64,000 bases of DNA from the NCBI GenBank assembly GCA_951406725.2, contig OX597819.1, positions 41,106,001-41,170,000 of the forward strand, given 5' to 3'. The translations under genes were made by a program, and so were the position numbers. Source of the stretch: Octopus vulgaris (lineage: Eukaryota). Positions 55,384 through 64,000 of the stretch are shown in pieces; within the stretch, counting starts at the first letter, position 1, and every line of letters begins with the position of its first letter. Below the pieces are notes generated by a model that was not told where the DNA came from, did no database searches, and saw only the letters and a list, made by a program, of their open reading frames with translations.

Positions 55384-55946
55384 TATATATATAGACACAC
55401 ACACGCGCGCATACGTTGTTTTGTTGGATGAATGAGATGAAAGACTAAGGCGTACCTCAATACATGTAGAGAATATGTGATTTTGAAATTGTGAGGTAAT
55501 CTCTCGACTCGAGTTTCTTGCCACTGCGATCTGCAGGTGTGAACCACCCAGTAAAACAACTCTACTGTGGACTGAAACTCGAGTCGTCAGACAACTTCTC
55601 AGTTCCAGTTTCAATGAAGAAAAAACAATAAATACGCACGCGCACACACACATACACACACACGATGCAAATCAAATAAATCCGAGATGCTCATATCGAT
55701 TTCTGTACTGAAGGTGGTACGAAGCAATGAAGAATGATGCTATTACAACTATGTATAACGTTTCCTGACAATATTGAAGCCAGTTATGTAAATATTATGC
55801 TTCGGACCCCAATGCCTTGTGTCTCTAGGACACTGCTTCAGACGTACCTACATGAGGAGCACAAAGCAAATAGTGACCGTTTGTGTACTTTCATCAATGA
55901 AAGAGGAAGACGGAATGGATTTTGCTATTTTACATACGCAATGTAA

Positions 55947-56350
55947 GGCGCAGGAGTGGCTGTGTGGTAAAGAGCTAGTTTACCAACCACATGGTTCCGG
56001 GTTCAGTCCCACTGCGTGGCACCTTGGGCAAGTGTCTTCTACTATAGCCTCAGGCCGACCAAAGCCTTGTGAGTGGATTTGGTAGACGGAAACTGAAAGA
56101 AGCCTGTCGTATATATGTAGATATATATATATATATATATGTATGTGTGTCCCCCTAGCATATATGTATGTTTGTCCCCCTAGCATTGCTTGACGACCGA
56201 TGCTGGTGTGTTTATGTCCCCGTTACTTAGCAGTTCGGCAAAAGTACTGGGCTTACAAAAGAATAAGTTCCGGGGTCGAGTTACTCGATTAAAGGCGGTG
56301 CTCCAGCATGGCCGCAGTCAAATGACTGAAACAAGTAAAAGAGTAAAGAG
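55947..56350 (+). mobile_element. Family A SINE, full length
   Basis: Same structure as 54991-55383. Confidence 0.9.
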
Positions 56351-56843
56351 TATGAGTAATGTACTATCACGTGAATTCGTCTCACATCTATATATATAAA
56401 GCTGATACGATATAGTGTATATTTAAACACATGAGGAATCCACTTACAGGGATTCTACACGCTAAAAAGAACAGCTAGGTTCTATAACCACAAAAATTGG
56501 GGATAAAATTCGACAGGAATAAATTTGGAAATGAAAAACATTTACCATCTGGTTTCCTGGACCAATTGGTTTCTGATCTTCTTTTTGCGAGTCAAGGAGA
56601 ACTCACAAGGTTTGATCTTCTTCAGCAGTTCCAACCTAGGGTTAAACATATACACACGAGACAAACAAAACTACTTGTCTCGTGTTCATACGTACTAACT
56701 TTTCAAATTTTACTGCGCAGTCGCAGTCCTTCGCTGGCCATAATAAAAACCGCCAACTTTTAACCGAAAATTATCCAAAAGCTTACAGTATTTAATCATA
56801 TCAAAGGGAAATGGAAATTAATTAAGATTTACATTTCCATTGG

Positions 56844-57236
56844 TCTATATAAAGCTGAAGTTGTCTGTGTGTGGCAGGTTTGGTAGGCTTCAACTAACAC
56901 TATCTCCTCCGAGACCCTGCGGCGCAAGTTGACCAAAATTGAGAGTATGATAGAAGAAGGGTTGCTTTTCCTTCCGTAGAAGATAAAATTCAAATCGGAC
57001 CATGTTAACACCAAAAATTATTTACATCAAAAAGGTGCTTTTTTCTATGAAAATCTCTATTTTTTTTACAATTTTTTGACTGCTGTATCGCCATTTTTCG
57101 GTGTATTTCAACCAGAAAAATGTTCACTTAAAGAGAATAACAAGCTACATAATGCAAACTTTTTACTTTTCAAAAATTCCAATTCTAAAGGTTCGAAAAG
57201 AAAACAAACTTGAGCAACGCCGGGCGATACTGCTAG
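56844..57236 (+). mobile_element. Non-autonomous Helitron
   Basis: 5' TCTATATAAAG..TTGTCTGTG; 3' GAGCAACGCCGGGCGATACTGCTAG|T identical to the 32176 copy. Confidence 0.8.
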
Positions 57237-57511
57237 TGTAAAAATAAAATTCATTTTAGAGGGAAATGGTAGAGCACGACTTCAGCTTCTATTTATCATA
57301 TAAGGTTGACTAAAACAACCTTATTCATTCCCCAAATTTATATCTAAGCTGTTAATTCGATGTTATTAGTAATAATAATAATATATGGTGTTTTAACACT
57401 ATACGTAATACATTCAAACACACGTACGGATGGGGGTACATTCATATATACATACATGTATAAGGACACAAATTTATTATTGGCAAACAGCCCGGAGGAC
57501 TGAACTCTCTT

Positions 57512-57815
57512 TGTATGTATGTATGTATATATGTATGTATGTGTGTGAATGTATGTATATAAGCATGTATGTAAGTATGTATGTATGTATGTATGTATAT
57601 ATGTATGTATATATGTATGTATGTGTGTGAATGTGTGTATATAAGCATGTATGTATGTATGTATGTATATAAGCATGTATGTATCTTTGTATGTATGTAT
57701 GTATATATGTATGTGTGTGAATGTATGTATATAAGCATGTATGTATGTATGTATGTATGTATGTATGTATGTATGTATGTATGTATCTGTGTGTGTGAAT
57801 GTATATACGTATGTG
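57512..57815. repeat. (TATG)n with a recurring GTGTGAATG..ATAAGC higher-order unit
   Basis: Directly visible. Confidence 0.85.
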
Positions 57816-59056
57816 TGAGTAATTATTATCATGTATAATTTTAAGACATTGAAACCTATTAGTTTCACTAATATTCAGTGATAATTTACTATTACATAAC
57901 AACATTACAGGAAATGTACCAAATTTTAATGACTTTACCTCGACATAATGGGCATCCTTTAATAGTTAAATACCATAAAAGGTCAACAGGTCCAAACACA
58001 TTCTGACAAGTAACTAAAGAACGAGTTTTCTTATCTCGAAACAAGTATTTATTACAATAAGTATAGACACGTTTACAAGAATTGAGACGTATAGAACCCA
58101 TCTTAAATCTAAAAACACTCTATATTCACACACGAATCCATATCCCTATATTATATGCTCTTTCGCTCAATCTGTTGTAAAACGTACGGCTTTTATCTCC
58201 AATGTATCCTCATACATAACTTGTCTTCAAACAAATTCGTATAATACACGTGTCACCCACATGGAAATGTACGTATAATAGTATTTCGGGGCGCCCACGT
58301 AGTTGCACCGAAACGCTATTTCGTCCTCCCTCAGGTGCGAAATAGCGTTCAGTGAGACAAGAAAGAGAATACGTTATTAAAATCGATTCTGCCAACAGAA
58401 ATATTTGCATCTCTCAATTGCTTAACGCGTAAAGTAAGCTCTTTAAATACATATGACATACCTTTCTGATTCAAGATATGTTCACAAGAATCTGTTTTGA
58501 AAGATCTTAATCGAATTCGATATCAGTCATTTCTCCAATTTTCTAAATCACCGTTGCCCTTGAATAGTCCTACAAATTTCGCACCCAAACTTCATATTAT
58601 TTCAATTAATAAATAGGTTAAATGGGCAATCAAATTTATCTTAAAGATCATACATTTTTCCTTAGCGATTTAGTAGTGGGTGCTCGAGAAAAGAAATATA
58701 ATAGTCAGTGTGTGAAATAATTTATAGCTTTTACAGCTATTAATCATTGATTTATTTTGACAAGTCACAAAACTTCATCTTGTTGGAGTGAGGTTCTAAG
58801 TGAACCGTTTTTTATATTGCAATTACTTTTTTTTCTTTATACAGATTTCGTAAAAAGAGAAGTCAATCCTTGTAGGATTGAAATCAAAGTGTAAGGAGGT
58901 GAAACTAAATATTATATGGCATTCAGTTCAGTGTTCAACCAATACTTTCAATCAGGTTCTCATGAATGCTAAGAAGCCTAATTTACTGTTGTTTAAGCTT
59001 CATGGATATATACTAAAGGATCATCTATTATTTCTCGCCACCGACGCTATGCCATA

Positions 59057-59447
59057 CTCTTTTACTCTTTTACTTGTTTCAGTCATTTGACTGTGGCCAT
59101 GCTGGAGCACCGCCTTTAATCGAGCAACTCGACCCTGGGACTTATTCTTTGTAAGCCCAGTACTTATTCTATCGGTCTCTTTTTGCCGAACCGCTAAGTG
59201 ACGGGGACATAAACGCACCAGCATCGGTTGTCAAGCAATGCTAGGGGGACAAACACAAACATACATGCACACACATATATACATATATACGACGGGCTTC
59301 TTTCAGTTTCCGTCTACCAAATCCACTCACAAGGCTTTGGACGGCCCGAGGCTATAGCAGAAGACACTTGGCCAAGGTGTCACGCAGTGGGACTGAACCC
59401 GGAACATTGTGGTTGGTAAACAAGCTACTTACCACACAGCCACTCCT
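59057..59447 (-). mobile_element. Family A SINE, full length
   Basis: Reverse-complement match to 55947-56350. Confidence 0.9.
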
Positions 59448-59469
59448 ATATATATTCGTATAAGTTATC

Positions 59470-59702
59470 TGTTTCTTTATTAACCACAAGAGGCTAAACA
59501 TAGAAGGGACAAACAAGGACAGACAAAGAGATTAAGTAGATTACATCAACCCCAGTGCGTAACTGGTACTTAATTTATCGACCCCGAAAGGATGAAAGGC
59601 AAAATCGATCTCGGCGGAATTTGAACTCAGAACGTTACGGCAGACGAAATACAGCTACGCATTTCGCCCGGCGTGCTAACGGTTCTGCCAGCTCGCCGCC
59701 TT
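59470..59702 (-). mobile_element. Family B SINE with 17-bp TSD
   Basis: TATTCGTATAAGTTATC at 59453-59469 and 59703-59719. Confidence 0.9.
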
Positions 59703-60228
59703 TATTCGTATAAGTTATCGTCTGATCACTGAGGTTATGTCCATCCCAGTTATTATTTAGATGGGTGGCCGCTTAGAAAAACCCAGGTCATTCCTTTTCG
59801 CCCCAATTTTGGAGACCCTAATAAATATAGTCGTGAACGTTATATTTTCCTGCGGCGAAAAAGAAAAAGTATGTAAGGCAGAGTTTAAGTATTTAATTCA
59901 TAATTCTGAGACGAATATTTTAAAAAATAAAAAAAAAATGTTAAATATATTTGATAGAAGTTCTAAGTTTGCATAGATAATGTTAAGATGTAATAAAAAG
60001 CAAGCTATTTGCTATGCATTTTACATTAAACACGATAAATTTTTGTAACATACTCAAGAATTCAATTGCCTAACATTGTAATTTTCAATTACATAGACCC
60101 CTAGTTCTTGCCTACATACATACATGCATGCATACATACATACATACATACATACATACATACATACATACATACATACATACATACATACATACATGCA
60201 TACATACATACGTACGTACGTACGCACA

Positions 60229-60475
60229 TACTTTGGGGCACTAGGATATGTTACACGCTGCCTAAATACTAATCTTGAGAAATTAGGCTTTTCAAAACCA
60301 GAAAGGAGAAAGCTGATTCGAAGACTACAGAAACAATCCATCACTGGAACTGTAAAAATCTGTGAAACTTTCCAGAAGTTTATCATTTTAAATATATATA
60401 TGAGCATGTCTAGATATGTAAGTATATGCATGAGAAGACATGCATTAAACAAAACATACAAATCTGTACGTAGAC
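60229..60475 (+). pseudogene. 3' end of an RLE-type LINE embedded in (CATA)n
   Basis: GALGYVTRCL..LEKLG..LIRRLQKQSITGTVKIC..F resembles the RLE C-terminus; (CATA)n on both sides. Confidence 0.7.
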
Positions 60476-60536
60476 ATATATACATACATACATACATACA
60501 TACATACATACATACATACATACATACATACATACA

Positions 60537-60568
<32 letters not shown>

Positions 60569-60666
60569 AAAATACCCTGTTGTTGATATTGAAGTTCCAA
60601 TGGATCTAGGTTAGAAACTAGCTCTTTCTCTACTGGCAAGAAAATTTGAAATAAAACTTAATGATG

Positions 60667-60710
<44 letters not shown>

Positions 60711-60870
60711 ATATATATATACAGCATACATACATACCTATATAACTAACTACCTACCTCCATCATAAGAGGCAAACCAGCAGCCGGAGGATCTCTTCAT
60801 CACTGATCTTGTCAGAGTGATATCTGTCACAGCTGTCTCATCATATGTATGCGTACATGTGTGTGTGTGC

Positions 60871-60944
<74 letters not shown>

Positions 60945-61288
60945 TTATAATCAATTCTGCCTCTCATGCTTCTAAATGCAATACGTTCTCCTTACCCAGT
61001 AAATTGCAACCTTTCTCATAATATCCGCTTTCAAGAACTCGAACTTTTTACCCGGTCTATTCTTCTGCTCTACATCAATCTTCTAATGCATTTAACAATT
61101 GCGCTTCAAAAAGAAACTCAAATTACCGAGGCGTGTTTGCTCCGTACATGTGCACTGACAGACACCCATTTGTCCTCCCTCCATCTGCCTCCTTTCTCGT
61201 TATCACTCATCCCTTTCTTTCCTTCGTTTTCTCCCATCCCTTTCTCTCTCTCTCACTCTTTTTCCCTCTCTCCTTTTTCTCTGTACAT

Positions 61289-63052
61289 CCCTTCTCTCTT
61301 CCCTTCATTTTCTCCTTGCACTGTTCCCTTCTCTCTCCCTTCATTTTCTCCTTGCACTGTTCCCTTCTCTTCCCTTCATTTTCTCCTTGCACTGTTCCCT
61401 TCTCTCTTCCCTTCATTTTCTCCTTGTTCCCTTCTCTCTTCCCTTCATTTTCTCCTTGCACTGTTCCCTTCTCTCTTCCCTTCATTTTCTCCTTGCACTG
61501 TTCCCTTCTCTCTTCCCTTCATTTTCTCCTTGCACTGTTCCCTTCTCTCTTCCCTTCATTTTCTCCTTGCATGTTCTTCTCTCTTCCCTTCATTTTCTCC
61601 TTGCACTGTTCCCTTCTCTCTTCCCTTCATTTTCTCCTTGCACTGTTCCCTTCTCTCTTCCCTTCATTTTCTCCTTGCACTGTTCCCTTCTCTCTTCCCT
61701 TCATTTTCTCCTTGCACTGTTCCCTTCTCTCTTCCCTTCATTTTCTCCTTGCTCTGTTCCCTTCTCTCTTCCCTTCATTTTCTCCTTGCACTGTTCCCTT
61801 CTCTCTTCCCTTCATCTTCTCCTTGGACTGTTCCCTTCTCTCTTCCCTTCATTTTCTCCTTGCACTGTTCCCTTCTCTCTTCCCTTCATTTTCTCCTTGC
61901 ACTGTTCCCTTCTCTCTTCCCTTCATTTTCTCCTTGCACTGTTCCCTTCTCTCTTCCCTTCATTTTCTCCTTGCACTGTTCCCTTCTCTCTTCCCTTCAT
62001 CTTCTCCTTGCACTGTTCCCTTCTCTCTTCCCTTCATTTTCTCCTTGCACTGTTCCCTTCTCTCTTCCCTTCATTTTCTCCTTGCACTGTTCCCTTCTCT
62101 CTTCCCTTCATCTTCTCCTTGCACTGTTCCCTTCTCTCTTCCCTTCATTTTCTCCTTGCACTGTTCCCTTCTCTCTTCCCTTCATTTTCTCCTTGCACTG
62201 TTCCCTTCTCTCTTCCCTTCATCTTCTCCTTGCACTGTTCCCTTCTCTCTTCCCTTCATTTTCTCCTTGCACTGTTCCCTTCTCTCTTCCCTTCATTTTC
62301 TCCTTGCTCTGTTCCCTTCTCGCTTCCCTTCATTTTCTCCTTGCACTGTTCCCTTCTCTCTTCCCTTCATCTTCTCCTTGCACTGTTCCCTTCTCTCTTC
62401 CCTTCATTTTCTCCTTGCACTGTTCCCTTCTCTCTTCCCTTAATTTTCTCCTTGCATTGTTCCCTTCTCTCTTCCCTTCATTTTCTCCTTGCACTGTTCC
62501 CTTCTCTCTTCCCTTCATTTTCTCCTTGCACTGTTCCCTTCTCTCTTCCCTTCATCTTCTCCTTGCACTGTTCCCTTCTCTCTTCCCTTCATTTTCTCCT
62601 TGCACTGTTCCCTTCTCTCTTCCCTTCATTTTCTCCTTGCACTGTTCCCTTCTCTCTTCCCTTCATCTTCTCCTTGCACTGTTCCCTTCTCTCTTCCCTT
62701 CATCTTCTCCTTGCACTGTTCCCTTCTCTCTTCCATTCATTTTCTCCTTGCACTGTTCCCTTCCTTCATCTTCTCCTTGCACTGTTCCCTTCTCTCTTCC
62801 CTTCATCTTCTCCTTGCACTGTTCCCTTCTCTCTTCCCTTCATTTTCTCCTTGCACTGTTCCCTTCTCTCTTCCCTTCATTTTCTCCTTGCACTGTTCCC
62901 TTCTCTCTTCCCTTCATTTTCTCCTTGCACTGTTATCTTCTCTCTTCCCTTCATTTTCTCCTAGCACTGTTCCCTTCTCTCTTCCCTTCATTTTCTCCTA
63001 GCACTGTTCCCTTCTCTCTTCCCTTCATTTTCTCCTTGCACTGTTCCCTTCT
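61289..63052. repeat. 37-bp pyrimidine-rich minisatellite (CCCTTCTCTCTTCCCTTCATTTTCTCCTTGCACTGTT), roughly 47 copies
   Basis: Directly visible; the 37-aa period in the ORF track equals 3 units. Confidence 0.97.
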
Positions 63053-63303
63053 CTTTCTACTTTCTCCCCATCTGACCATGTATTGTTTTAACTTTGACTT
63101 TCTTTCGCACGCTGTCAAACTTTCCCACCCAGGTATTTTACAGATTATCTATACATACATATTTCCATGTTCTTTGACCACTTAACGTTTATCAAGTATT
63201 GTAACTTTGTATAGGAGCACGACCAGTTTTTACAGCTTTGCATTTCATTTTTGTTTTGTCCTTCAAAATAGTCGTGGTTATTATTATCATTTATTTATTG
63301 TTA

Positions 63304-63523
63304 AGGCGGCGCGCTGGCAGAGTCGTTAGCACGCAGGGCAAAATGCTTTGTGACATTTCGTCCGTCTGCGCGATCTAAGTTCAAATTCCGCCGAGGTCGA
63401 CTTTGCCTTTCATCCTTTCGGAGTCGATAAATTAAGTACCAGTGAAACATTTGAGTCGATGTCATCGACTCATACCGTCCCCCAAAATTTCAGGCTTTGT
63501 GCCTTTAGTAGAAAGGGTTATTA

Positions 63524-63606
<83 letters not shown>

Positions 63607-63832
63607 GCAGCAGCAGCAGCATTATTATTTGGTAAAGCAGCGATCTGGTAGAATCGTAAGCACGCCGGACAAAATGATTAGCGGCATTTCCTTAATCTTT
63701 CCATTCTGAGTTCAAATTTCGCCGAGGCCGACTTTGCCTTTCGGGCTCGGGGTGAGGGTGGGCGGGGGGTCGATGTAATCTACTAGTTCCCTCCCCCAGA
63801 ATTTCAGGCCCTGTGCTTTTAGTAAAAAGGAT
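63304..63832 (+). mobile_element. Two family B SINEs (63304-63521, 63634-63832) separated by (TTA)n
   Basis: Match to other copies. Confidence 0.8.
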
Positions 63833-64000
63833 TAGGATCTTTGTGGTTATCGTCACGGCATGTTGAAATCTTAAAAAAAAAATGCTTATTATGCTAACAG
63901 AATTTCACGGTGATGTGTAAAATACTCGCTTCTGGTTGGCTAAAATACCCAAATTTTGTATGTATGTATGTATGTATGTATGCATGCATCATTATATATG

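Noticed and set aside
58300-58345. Minus-strand CTGAGGG..GAAA as a hammerhead
   Set aside because: No valid stem II or stem III, and A9 is missing
61289-63052. CRISPR-like repeat length (37 bp)
   Set aside because: Units are contiguous with no spacers; eukaryotic context; no cas genes
60966-63185. 739/525/436-aa hydrophobic ORFs
   Set aside because: Stop-free 37-bp minisatellite; the 37-aa period simply cycles through three frames

Overview
This window is AT-rich, repeat-saturated eukaryotic DNA, probably intergenic or intronic. The SINE/LINE repertoire and very high microsatellite load suggest a cephalopod, probably Octopus (inference, not checked). I found no intact host protein-coding gene. 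Almost all long ORFs in the track are translations of microsatellites or of a 37-bp minisatellite. The real coding remnants are retrotransposon fragments (R4/Dong-type RLE LINEs, CR1, RTE, Tx1/L1, CRE-like, Penelope) and Tc1/mariner fragments. Non-coding mobile DNA includes three tRNA-derived SINE families, Merlin-like and mariner MITEs, and non-autonomous Helitrons. The main unexpected signal is about ten type I hammerhead ribozyme (HHR) motifs, read by eye, in short non-coding Penelope-like mini-elements. These include (i) a TSD-flanked head-to-head dimer of a tRNA-head + (AAT)n + HHR-tail element (a candidate Penelope-mobilised ribozyme SINE, 4901-5432), (ii) a perfect 86-bp-arm palindrome carrying an HHR on each strand (11440-11616), and (iii) an extended-stem HHR at 2493-2574. 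All coordinates and folds were read manually and need computational confirmation.
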